Positions 25,162-37,460 of a DNA stretch of 64,000 nt are shown here, one piece after another. Every line of letters begins with the position of its first letter. Positions within the stretch are counted from its first letter, which is position 1. The notes beneath the pieces were generated by a model. That model did not search any database. It was not told where the DNA came from and worked only from the letters and a program-made list of their open reading frames with translations. This DNA comes from Takakia lepidozioides. Taxonomy: Eukaryota; Plantae; Bryophyta. Location: positions 26,226,001 to 26,290,000 of the forward strand of contig CM060734.1 in assembly GCA_030704615.1 (NCBI GenBank), read 5' to 3'. A program made the position numbers and the translations under genes.

Positions 25162-28100
25162 ATGAAAGGTACATTTGCGGAAACGGTCGTCACATTGCAG
25201 AGTCTTCAGCTCCAGATGCAAGAACTTCGTGCCTCTACTGCCCAACTACAAGCTGATCAGTCTCAAGATCTTAGCAACACTCTCAACAATTTGCAACAAC
25301 AAATTTCAGAGTTGAATGAGTCGAACAATGGATCTTCAACCTGACGAGTCTCTACTACAACAAATCCTACTACCACGGTTCCTTAAAATCTTCAACAGAT
25401 TACAAGAGAACCAAAGGTCAGCATGCCCGAAAAATTTGATGGGACGAGATCAAGATTTCGCGGTTTTGTTCAACAAGTACGATTGTTCCTATGACTACAT
25501 CCACAACGCTACCCTGATGAAGGTATTCAAGTGCGATTCGTAGACACCCTTCTATCAGGCACTGCCCTATCTTGGTTTGCACCGCTATTAGAGAAAAATT
25601 CGTATTTACTATACAATTTTGAAGCATTCATATCCAAGTTCACTACAACATTTGGAGAGAATGATAGAGAGAGAGTTGCAGAGACAAAGATGCGAAATCT
25701 TCGACAAGGAGTACATCCAGCTTCCGTTTATGCTGCCGAATTTCGACAACTTGCGTGCGACCTCGACTGGAATGAGAAGAGTCTCATTAGTCATTTTCGA
25801 TAAAGAAGATGTAAAAGATTTGCTGCTGACGATGCCAAACGTGAGTACACTGAGCGAATTCATCACCCAAGTCATTGCATGCGATAATCGTTTCTTCGAA
25901 AAACGTCAAGAGAAGCGATCTGGATGGTCGACGACGCACCATGCCGTTGCTACCACGGCACCAAACACAACGATCCATTAGACATCCAGTAATGATCGTA
26001 TACAGATTGATACTATCTGATTCAAGCCATTGACGCCACAAGAAAAAACAAATACGGCGCTCAAATGGATTATGCCTTTATTGTGGAGAAGATGATCACA
26101 TAGCATTAAACTGCCCCAACAAGAGAAGATTCAAAGCTCGGGGCACAACTCAAGTGTTCGATACGCGGAGGTCGGAAAACGAAGATGTCCAGTCACAGTA
26201 GGGACCATGCGGCTGAACACCCCAAATTCCTCACAAAAAAAATGTCTTTTTCTACCTCCAGACCCTGTACCTTGTTTCACAGTTCCAGTAAAGATCAGGA
26301 TGCAAAATCGAGATATCTCTGTAGAAGCACTTTTGAACTCGGGTGCTTCAGCGTGTTTTATTGACAAAGACTTTGCAAAGCAATACAATTTAACGCTCGT
26401 AAGAAAGAAATTCTCGGCCCCTGTTGAAGTCATCGATGGACGACCGTTAGCATCAGGAAATATTGACCATGAAACTCGACCCCTTGAAGTGAAGCTTAAA
26501 AATCAAGGATCACAGATTGTTTTCAATGTCATCCAATCTCCTACGAATCCTGTGATCCTTGGACTTCCCTGGTTTATACTTCATAATCCTAACATCGACT
26601 GACGATCACGAAAATTTTTGGCAAGACAAAAATGCAAAAGTACCAAAGGTATACACCCCCTGTTTCTTGGAGCTAGAGCCTTCATGAGAGCTACGAAGAA
26701 AGACGCGACATTTGCACTTTATGCGACTCCGATCAAAACCACAACAGACCAAGGTACTTCGACATTACCCACTCAATATCAAGATTTCAAGGATGTCTTC
26801 GAGAAGAAAAATGCAGACATGTTGCCAGAACATCGACCTTATGATTGTGCAATTGAGTTGCAAGAAGGAGCTCAACCACCATTCGCCCCGATGTACAATT
26901 TATCTCAGACGGAGCTGGCTGCTTTACGCGAATACATTGATGAAAATTTGTCAAAGAATTTCATTCGACATTCGAAATCACCCGCGGGAGCACCTATCTT
27001 ATTTGTGAAGAAGAATGACGGATCGTTACGCATGTGTGTGGACTATCGTGGGCTCAACAAAGTCACTATAAAAAATCGTTACCCACTACCGCTGATTTTC
27101 GGACTCCTCGAACAACTTGGACGAGCAAATTTTTTCACAAAGTTCGACTTGAAATGAACTTACAACCTTGTACGAATAAAAGAAGGAGACAAATGGAAAA
27201 CTGCTTTTCGCACAAGGTACGGACATTTCGAATACAGTGTTATGCCTTTCGGTCTTACAAATGCTCCAGCAATTTTTCAACACATGATGAATGACATCTT
27301 TCGAGAATTTTTAGATGACTTTGTAGTCATCTATTTGGACGACATTTTGATATTTTCACAGAATGAAGAAGAACATGGTCGCTATGTACGCCTTGTCCTT
27401 GATAAATTGAGGGAAAAAAGACTATATGCCAAGTTGAAAAAATGTCTTTTCCACCAATCTGAAGTCGAATTTTTGGGCTACATTATTTCCGACAAATATG
27501 TCTTTATGGATCAGAAGAAAATACAAACCATCATCGAGTGGATTAAACCAACTTAGGTCCGAGATGTACAATGTTTTCTAGGATTTACAAATTTTTATAG
27601 AATCTTTATCAATGACTAATCCAAAATTGCTGCATCACTGACACAACTCACAGGAAAGGACAAATTTGTATGGGACGAGAAGGCTGACCAAGCATTTGAA
27701 AGGCTGAAGCAGACATTTATAACGACTCCAATACTGATACATGCAGACCCATCTAAACCATTCTTTTTGGAAGCAGATGCATCGGACTTTGTACTTAGCG
27801 CGGTACTCTCTCAATACGGTACAGATGGCCGACTTCACCCTGTTGGTTTTCGTTCTCGCAAATTTTCCGCTGCGGAGATCAATTATGAAATCCATGACAA
27901 AGAACTTCTAGCGATTATCGATGCTTTTGAGGAGTGGCGTCATCTATTGGAGGGAGTTAAACATCAGGTCACAGTCTATACCGATCACAAAAACCTCGAG
28001 TATTTTATGAGTGCTCGTGTTTTGAATCGACGTCAAGCAAGATGGAGTATGTCACTAGCAAGGTTTGATTTTGATATTACCTACCGTCCCGGACATCTTC

Positions 28101-29497
28101 AAGAAAAACCAGATGCTCTTTTTCGACGATCGTATCTTGTGTCAAAAGAAGGGGATGCAGCTTTTGACCAACAGAAATCCATCATCTTGAAACCAGCAAA
28201 TCTCCAAGTGAATATGTTATCCATGTCCACCTATGACGATGTAGAGATCATAAAGGAGATTCAGGAAGCACTGAAGAGTGACCAATTTGCTACGACACTA
28301 CGAAGTCAACTAAATCGACCTCAAGACAACCCACATGTTACAAACGACTTCGAATTCAAAGATGGCTTACTTTATTTCAAGGGACTTCTCTATGTACCTC
28401 CAGGACCTACACGATTTTGAATTCTTCAAACATGTCATGATCTTCCGGCTGCAGGATATTTCGGCTTCAACAAAACAATGGAATTGATATCCAGGGACTA
28501 TTGGTGGCCGCAGATGTGGAAACTCGTGAAAGAATTTATAAAATCTTGCGACACATGTGCTAGAGCGAAGGAACCACGACATCGACCTTATGGCCTTCTT
28601 CAACCATTACCCATTCCCAAGGGTCCATGGTCGTCCGTGTCTATGGACGGACCTTCCAATTTCCAAGACCACTGATTCAATCCTTGTTATTGTATATCGT
28701 TTTACGAAGATGACACATTTCATTCCATGTAATAAGACGGTTACCGGCGAGGAAACTGCAAGACTCTTCTTCAATAATATCTACCGCATTCATGGACTCC
28801 CGAAGGACATCGTATCTGATCGAGGACCACAACTCATGTCAAATTTTTGAAGGGGATTATTTCACATATTGGATACTAAGATCAACCTCTCTACAGCTAA
28901 TCATCCACAGACTGATGGTCAAACCGAACGCGTAAACCAGATTTTGGAGCAGTATCTTCACTGTACGATAAATTATCACCAAGATAATTGGACGGACCTT
29001 CTGTCATTGGCTGAGTTTGCCTAAAACAACACTATACATTCTTCGACCAAACAAACTCCATTTTTCTCCAATTATGGTCATCATCCTCGAGCAAACCTTT
29101 TCCACATGAAAACTATTGGAAGCCCTGCTGTAGAAAACCTTGCTACTCATCTTGCTACGATTCACAAAGAACTTACATTCCACCTCGCAGAAGCTCAAAA
29201 ACAATACAATGAGTATGCAGATCAACGTCGCCAACTCCAACCCCAGTTCAAGGTTGGAGATCGTGTGTGGCTTCTTCGACGGGATATACAAACCTCGCGA
29301 CCATCAAGGAAGTTGGATTATCAATGCCTGGGACCATTCAAAATTATTCGACAAATACATCCGGTGAGTTTTCGGCTTGAACTCCCACGAAGGATGCGCA
29401 TCCATCCAGTCTTTCATGTTTCATTATTGGAGTTGTATCATCTATCGAATATTCCAGGGAGAGTTTCCGTACCACCTCCACCAGTCGAAGTCAATCA
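25162..29497 (+). pseudogene. Element B gag-pol (many stops and frameshifts)
   Basis: ORF pieces 25162.., 25531.., 26207.., 26618.., 27242.., 27767.., 28478.., 29106.. give gag, PR, RT, RH and INT in order. Confidence 0.93.
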
Positions 29498-32400
29498 TGT
29501 CGCGACCCTTTGCCTTGAGGGCAGGGGGTTGGGACACATGAGGGGCTGCCCCTGTGGTGGGGGCAGCGGCAGCGATAGGTATGGGGGGCTGAAGCACCCT
29601 TGAGTGCCCAAGGCACTCAGGGAAGCGGAGGCGCTCACTAGGTGGAGCCCCGCACATCGGGTTGCGGTGGGGGTGGCTCCACAAGGGGTGGTGGTAGCTT
29701 AGCGGGACTTAGTGGGGGTGGCATAGGACTCACCATGGGGACGGAGACCTCGTGGTGGGAGTCGTGGGGAGTCTTGGGACTCATCACGGTCCATAGGGGC
29801 CGTGGTGAGTGGGCCAAGATTCACCGCGACTCATCACCGGAAGTCGAGGGTTTTCGTAGTGGTTCGCCATAAAATGGCATGGCTGGTTGTGAAACCCCCG
29901 CGGACAGCTACAGAAGTATATATAGGGAGTAGTAACCCCGAGAACGGTGCAAGCCTGTTGGTGACCAAAAACTAGTGAGTAAGCGAGCGAGCCGGAAAGC
30001 GACCAAAGAGTGGGGAGCTGTTCCGGACTGCCAACTACCAAAGGGAATTCCCGTTGGTTCCAAATCGGTGGAGGGTTCTTTGGGAGAACAAAGGGGGACC
30101 GTTATGCCCCGGTGAGCAGCCGAAGCTCCAAGTTGGCCCGGCGGCGAGGTTGGGAGTCAGGCGCGCGCATCAAAGCGAGTAACTATGACTTGAGGGGGAG
30201 CTTACCGAAGTGAGGTGCGCGACACTTGGTATCAGAGCTTAGAGTTCAGTACGTGATCGTCCTTGGGATTGGCCTCATCATAGGGTCGGGCAAGCCAAAG
30301 CGAAAGCGGAACGGCCCAAAAGATGATGATCCTGGTGAGCCCGATGGGGGCGACGTGTCACCGAGGCGGCCGTTTGAGGAAGCGATGCATGTCTCCAAAA
30401 ACGAGGCCGCTCAAGAGCGGGAGGAATCTGAGGAGTCGGAGCCCGAGGAATCCCTGAGAGCTCCGACCGACCAACAGATGCCTCCCATGCCGGCAGCCTT
30501 TTGGGAAGGGTTGTTGGCGCAATTTGGCGGGACGTTGAAAGACGTGTTGAAGGCGGCTAATGCCACTTCCACTAAGGCAAAATTTAAGGTGAAGCCTAAG
30601 GAACCCGGTACCTTCGAGGGTGTCCGAAATCGGAAGGCACTCAACACCTGGCTCTTGGAGCTAGAGCAGTACTTCCGGGCGGCCAAGTTGAGTGACGAGG
30701 ACCGGGTGGAAGTGGCTCCCACCTATTTGAGGGGCTATGCTCAACAATGGTGGCAGAAACGCCTTCACGACCAAGGTCCAGGCCCGAAAACCTTGAACTG
30801 GAGTGGGTTCAAGGAATTGATGAAGAGACAGTTTGTGCCCCTCAACGCGTCCTGGCTTGCCCGGGACAAGATGAGGAATTTGAAGCAAACAGATGACATT
30901 CGGGGGTGTGTCCAGGCTTTCAATGTGCTGTTGCTCGAAGTCGCGGACATGGCAAAATCAGAAATGGTCTTCAACTTTGTGGCGGGACTGGCCCCATGGG
31001 CCAGGCGGAAGTTGGAGGAGAAGCCACCCAAGACTTTGAACGAGGCAATTGAGAGGGCTGAATGTTTCTCGGGTGTCCCTAGGGGTGAGAGACAAGGCCG
31101 TACGGAGCTGAACCACAAGAAGACCCGGCGGGAAGGTGACTCCTTCCGACCGGAAAAGAAGTGGGATAGGCCACGCGGTGACAATGGCACGTGGAAATCG
31201 AAGGGAGGGCCTTCACACGTCAATGCGGCACCCGGTGCTTTGAAAGAAAAAGCGGGTGAAGCGGCTTATGGCGGATAGAAGGCGACCTTTGATGGAGTGT
31301 GTTTCAATTGCGGGGAGCCCGGGCACATGGCCAAGAAGTGCACGAAACCTCGACAATTGAACATGACTCGGGCAACCACGGAGCTGTCGGAAGATACCAT
31401 CAGTTGCTTGGTGGAAGCGGTGGTCGCCAGGACTTGCAAGGTAGGCAACTATTCTTGTGAGTTGTATCAGGAAACTGGCGCCCTGCATAAAGGGAGTCAG
31501 TTATTGTTCGTGGATGGGATAATATCCGGAACTAACGTGTCGTTGTTGGTGGACACAGGAGCGTCGCACTCCTTCATGACGCCGGCGGCGGCGCGAAAGT
31601 TGGGACTCCCGACAAGTGACGTGGGGGCCTCTATTGAGGTGCGTTGTGCCAAAGGAGAACCACAGTTGGCGACAAGGTTGGCGTTTGATGTTCCTCTTCA
31701 ACTGGGGAGTTGGGAGGGACGTGAGAACTTCACCATCTGCGAGATCGATGGAGTGGATCTCATTTTGGGGATGACCTTTTTGAGCAAATCCGGAGTGGTC
31801 ATAGATGGCCGCAAGAGAGTAGTCACGCTGCCATGTGGGAATGGTGGCGAGGTCTTACGAGTGTCGGAAACGCCCAAATCCGTGGGAGGGCGAATAAACC
31901 TTCTGCCAGCAAGGGAGTGGGCCGTGGAGGAGGCACACGAGCCCCAGTTTTTGCTTTACATTAGAGAAGTGAAGGGAGAAGGCGATGGGGAGCTGAGCCT
32001 AGATTGGATCAAGGGGATTTTGGAGAAATACCAGGATGTGATGCCGGAGGATTTACCAAGCGGCTTGCCACCGCGAAGAGGAGTTGACCACAAGATTGAG
32101 GTGATACCGGGATCGGAACTGCCTGCCAAGGCACCCTACCGGTTGAGCCACAGAGAGTTGGCCGAGCTGAAGACTTAGCTCAAAGATCTAATGTCAAAGG
32201 GGTACATCCGGCCGAGTAAGTCACCTTACGGAGCCCCGGTACTATTCGCAGACAAGAAGGATGGGACGCTACGGATGTGTGTCGATTACAGGGCTTTGAA
32301 TAAGGTGATTATCAAAAACCGGTATCCTTTGCCAAGGATCGACGACCTTTTCGATCGGTTGGCAAGAGCGAAGTATTTCAGCCGGATCGATCTGCGCTCC

Positions 32401-35400
32401 GGCTATCATCAAATTCGAGTGGCGGAAGGAGATGAGGAGAAGACCGCGTGCAGGACAAGGTATGGTTCATATGAGTTCTTGGTGATGCCTTTTGGGCTCA
32501 CCAATGCACCCGCAACCTTTAGTACGCTGATGAATAGCCTTTTCCAGGAGTGGTTGGATGACTTTGTGATCGTGTACATCGACGACATCTTGGTGTATTC
32601 GAAAACAAAGGAGGAGCACCTGGAGCACCTCAAAAGGGTGTTCCAGAAATTGTGGGAATGGAAGCTGTATGCCAAAGCTTCAAAGTGCGAATTCGGGGTC
32701 ACAAAAGTACACTCACTCCATAAGGGACTGCCATACCGGGGGCTGGTTGGTGGGATCCCTCTCTCTCCCTCCCTCCTTGGAATTGGAGTTCCTGGGGCAT
32801 GTGATTACACAGGATGGGATCAAAATGGATGACAGAAAGGTGAGGGCGATCTTGGACTGGGAGCCTCCGACATCGGTCCCGGGAGTGCGGTCCTTCCTAG
32901 GACTCGCCTCCTATTACCGGAAGTATGTGAGAAATTTCGCCAAGATCGTGGGGCCGTTGTCAGACCTTCTGTGTAAATCCAAAGTCTGGGTATGGAACAC
33001 ATTTTGTGGCCAAGCTTTTGCTGAATTGAAGCAGCGAATGGCGGAAGCTCCAGTCTTGAAAATCCCGGAGTTCGATCGTCCATTTGAGATTCATACAGAT
33101 GCGTCGGACTTCGCGATTGGGGGTGTACTTATGCAAGATGGACGTCCAGTGGCTTACAAAAGTAAGAAACTGAATGAAGTGGAGCGACGGTGGCCGACGC
33201 ACGAAAAAGAGATGAAGGCGGTGGTGCATTGTCTTGAGCTTTGGCGCCACTATGTTGGTTCCAACCCAGTGAAGGTGTTCATGGACAATGTCACAGTGAA
33301 GTATTTTGCCACGCAACCCAAGTTGTCCCCAAAACAACTTAGGTGGCAAGATACTTTGGCGGTGTTCGACGTGGATATCCAGTACAAACCAGGACGGGAC
33401 AATGTGGTGGCCGATGCTTTAAGTAGAAAGCATCAGCTCATGTTGGTGTATAGGGGCGAGACGGCGCTCCAAAGGAAGATCCGGAAGGCTTGCCGGAAGG
33501 ATGAGCTAGCGAAGTCCGTGATGCAAGACTTGAGGATGGGGGTTAAATCGCAGTTCCATTTGCAAAATGGACTGCTCCGGTATAAGCAAAAGCATCTCTA
33601 TGTGCCGAAGGGAGGGATCAGAGATAGTCTCTTGAGAGAATGCCATGATGGCCCGTTTGCGGGCCACGGCGGAGCCAAGCGCACCGTGGCACTCTTGAAG
33701 AAAGAGTATTTCTGGCCCAAACTCAGGGAGGAGGCAGAGGAGTATGTCAAGACATGCACGACATGCCAACAAAACCGGAGCGAGTACAAAAAGCAAGCGG
33801 GGCTGTTACAGCCCTTGCCGATTCCAGAGGGGACTTGGGAAAGCGTCTCGATGGATTTCATGACTGCTATGCCGCTGTCAAAAGGATTCGATGCAATCAT
33901 GGTGGTGGTGGATAGGTTCAGTAAAATGGGCCATTTCATCCCTACCAAGGAGACGGCAACGGCGCAGGAGACAGGGCGACTTTACTTCGCCAACGTCTTA
34001 AAGCATCATGGAGTCCCGAAGGATATTGTCTCGGACCGCGATCCAAAGTTTACGAGTAAATTTTGGAGGACACTTTGGAAGAAGATGGGGACGAGGCTGA
34101 AGATGAGCACCGCCTTCCGATCTACGACCGACGGCCAAACGAAAAGAGTGAATTCCGTAGTGAAGCAGATCTTGCGGAATTACGTGTCGGCAGACCAATC
34201 AGACTGGGTGGAACACTTAGACGCGGTAGAGTTCTGTTATAATAACACAGAACACTCCGCAACGGGAGTTTCCCCTTTCGTATTGGTCTATGGAAAAGCA
34301 CCTCTGGTGCCGACAAGTTGGGCCGCCCAGGACGTTGAGGAACCGGCAGTAGCGGCGGTACTGGAAGAACGCGAGTGTTTGTTGAAGCTCGCAAAGTACA
34401 ACATTGCCAAAGCTAGGAAACGGTATGAAAGGCAGGCGAATCGGAAGCGGAGGGAAGTGAAGTTTGTGGCAGGCATGGAGGTCTGGTTGAACATCAAGAA
34501 TTCCCGACTACCTCCGGAAGTGAGTCCAAAGTTCGTACCTCCGTATGCGGGACCCTTTCGCATCCGGAAGGTTATGAATGAGGATGTGTATGAATTGGAG
34601 CTGCCGGCAAACAACAAGGTGCATCCAGTATTCCACGTCTCCATTTTGAAGCCTTACTTCAAAGATGAAGCGCGTCCGAATCGGCATCAAGTGTTGCGTC
34701 CGCCACCTGTGCTGTTGGATCATGAAAATGAACCTGAGTACGAGGTGGAGGCAGTACTTAAATCGAGGAGGTTCAAGAACCGAGAAACGGAGTATCTCAT
34801 CAAATGGAAGGGCTATCATCATGTGGAGGCATCTTGGGTGCGTGCCTCAGAAATGGGAAACGCATCCGAGGCGGTTGCAGTTTTCGAAGGGCGACCTCAA
34901 AAGTGGAAAAAACGTTGATGGGGACATCAACCTTGGAGCGTGGGGGAGGAAATGCATGCTTAGCCCAGCTTAGCTAGCTCAGGAATCCGATTGCAAAAAT
35001 TTGTATTGTACAAAATTTGCTTTAAATGAAATGGTTTTCAAATGTTGTGCTTCCTATTTTGTTTGGAATGGTGATGCATGGTATGGTTGGCTAGTGTGTA
35101 GAATGCATGCTAGCTTACAAAGTGGGAGAGGTAAATTGGGTTAATCGTGTGTTTGCACAGTGCCGAAATCGGGTGACTCCCATCCAAGGGGCAAGGAAAC
35201 TTGCGCCTTCTTTGGGAGTTCACGTGCTAGTGCGCACCTGGCGCGTGCGCGTACTATAACTGCACTACCGAGGGGGTTGCCTTGTAGTGCGGGCTAACGC
35301 GGAAGCTACGTGCTTCCGTTTATGTACTATAATCGTGTAGCCTCGGGACGAAGTCGTAGTGCGGCTTCGGCGTATTCCCGTACCTCAGGCCAGCATTCCA

Positions 35401-36453
35401 AGGCGGACCCAATTGTAGTGATTGGGGCGCGCGGTTGGTTCAAGGTTATCTTTCTAGTCAAAGAGGGTTCGAGGTGAACCTTGCTCAAGCGATGCCCAAA
35501 GCGGCATCATGAGCGGTCGCAAGCAATGTTGTTGCAGTAAGGCGATTCGATCCTCGGGGAGGATCGTTCCTTGGCCTTGAAGTAGGCCAAGAAGAGTGCA
35601 CTGGGAGGAGCTTGAGAGGCTCCACCCTTGGCCGGGACTTGGAGGAAGTCGGCCGACGCCACAACTTGGATGTTCGTTTCTACAAAATGGACAAGTCGAT
35701 GAGGACATCGACCCCCTGTTGGTAGGGGTGTGTGTCGCGGCCCTTTGCCTTGAGGGCAGGGGGTCGGGACACATGAGGGGCTGCCCCTGTGGTGGGGGTA
35801 GCGGCAGCGATAGGTATGGGGGGGCTGAAGCACCCTTGAGTGCCCAAGGCACTCAGGAAGCGGAGGCGCTCACTAGGTGGAGCCCCGCACACCGGGTTGC
35901 GGTGGGGTGGCTCCACAAGGGTGGTGGTAGCTTAGCGGGACTTAGTGGGGGTGGCATAGGACTCACCATGGGGGCGGAGACCTCGTGGTGGGAGTCGTGG
36001 GTAGTCTTGGGACTCATCACGGTCCATAGGGGCCGTGGTGAGTGGGCCAAGACTCACCTCGACTCATCACCGGAAGTCGAGGGTTTTCGTAGTGGTTCGC
36101 CATAAAATGGCATGGCTGGTTGTGAAACCCCCGTGGACAGCTACAGAAGTATATATAGGGAGTAGTAACCCTGAGAACGGTGCAAGCCCATTGGTGACCA
36201 AAAACTAGTGAGTAAGCGAGCGAGCCGGAAAGCGACCAAAGAGTGGGGAGCTGTTCCGGACTGCCAACTACCAAAGGTAATTCCCGCTGGTTCCAAATCG
36301 GTGGAGGGTGCTTTGAACAAAGGGGGACCGTTATGCCCCGGTGAGCAGCCGAAGCTCCAAGTTGGCCCGGCGGCCAGGTTGGGAGTCAGGCGCGCGCATC
36401 AAAGCGAGTAACTATGACTTGAGGGGGAGCTTACCGAAGTGAGGTGCGCGACA
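29498..36453 (+). mobile_element. Element C: full-length chromoviral Ty3/Gypsy LTR retrotransposon (Galadriel-like by protein features), TSD AATCA
   Basis: LTRs 29498-30224 and 35733-36453 (TG...CA); TSD aatca at 29493-29497 and 36454-36458; PBS tggtatcagagc (tRNA-iMet) 30227-30238; PPT ggtaggggtgtg 35721-35732. Confidence 0.97.
30226..34918 (+). pseudogene. Element C single gag-pol polyprotein with C-terminal chromodomain; two in-frame TAG stops and one 76-bp frameshifting insert
   Basis: CFNCGEPGHMAKKC knuckle; LVDTGAS protease; [10 protein letters not shown]; HTDASDF RNase H; HDGPFAGH..CTTC and SDRDPKF integrase; EYEVEAVL...YLIKWKGY...ASW chromodomain. Stops at 31276-31278 and 32176-32178 are in the same frame. 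Confidence 0.95.
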
Positions 36454-37460
36454 AATCAGGAGTATGAAGTCGACGAAGTCCTAGACTCTCGCATCAAGTA
36501 TAAACGTCTTGGTACAACTTGGAAGGCAATTAATTCCTTCAACATTGTACCTGCCTCATGCCAGTATTGTGCTCCTACTCGAAGTCTGATAATTTTGTTG
36601 GAGGTTGAGGCTTCGGACCCAGAGGGCAACGAAATCATGTTTGAAGGCAACTTCGAAAATCAGAATACTCAAATCACTACGTGGTCCCAAGTTCAAGGTG
36701 TTGGAAACTATCGGTGGTTGCAGGGACCTATAAATTATTTGAGTCAAGAACGAAGAGCCGAATACTTGGCAAGTACCATTCACCGGATTTTGGATTTTCT
36801 CCAACTCTAAGCAAGTCCAAGATTTTACCGCTCCTCGAGGAACTCGGCGCTAGAGGAGGGGTGATGTCACGGACATAGCCCAGAGGAACTTGCCAGAAAT
36901 AAATACTAAAAGTTACCAAGTTACCATGTTACCGGAACTTACCATGATTTACCGTGATTTACCATTATCTACCATGATTTACCATTATTTACCAAGTTAC
37001 CGGGAGTTTACCAAATTACCAAGAGTAACTTGGGAAACTGCTCAGGAAGCTTCCTTTGGAAGAAACTTCTCCATCAAGATACCTCTTTTGTTTAAGGAAG
37101 CTTCTCCATCAAGAAACCTTTGTTTAATCTTGGAAACTTCTCCAGCAAGAAACCTCCATAGATGAAGCTTCTTAGGGAAGCTTCTTAGTAGCCAGTATAT
37201 ATAAGAGGCGAGACTGGACACTCTTCAGTCTCACCAACACCAGTTCAAGCTACTCTTGTTTCCAGTTCCCAGTACTCCAGTCCAGTTCCCAGTACTCTAG
37301 CCCAGTTTCCAGTATCTGGTACTCCAGTCTAGTTTCCAGCATTCTAGTATTCAAGTCGTGTTCCAATATCTTATACTCTTGTTCATTGTTATAAAGATCA
37401 TCTTGATTCCTATTTACTCATCGTGCATACGGCCACGCCGACCTTGACTTCTTGTCTAGT

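Larger units (their letters stand above)
24512..37460 (+). mobile_element. Element B: Tf1/sushi/Tcn1-type chromoviral Ty3/Gypsy LTR retrotransposon (degenerate), interrupted by element C
   Basis: 5' LTR 24512-25123 (tgtcacggac...gtccttgata); 3' LTR 36865-37460 (truncated); PPT tagaggaggggtga 36851-36864; gag with CLYCGEDDHIALNC; protease ALLNSGA; [11 protein letters not shown]; RNase H EADASDF; integrase SDRGPQ; chromodomain EYEVDEVLDSR. Confidence 0.95.
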
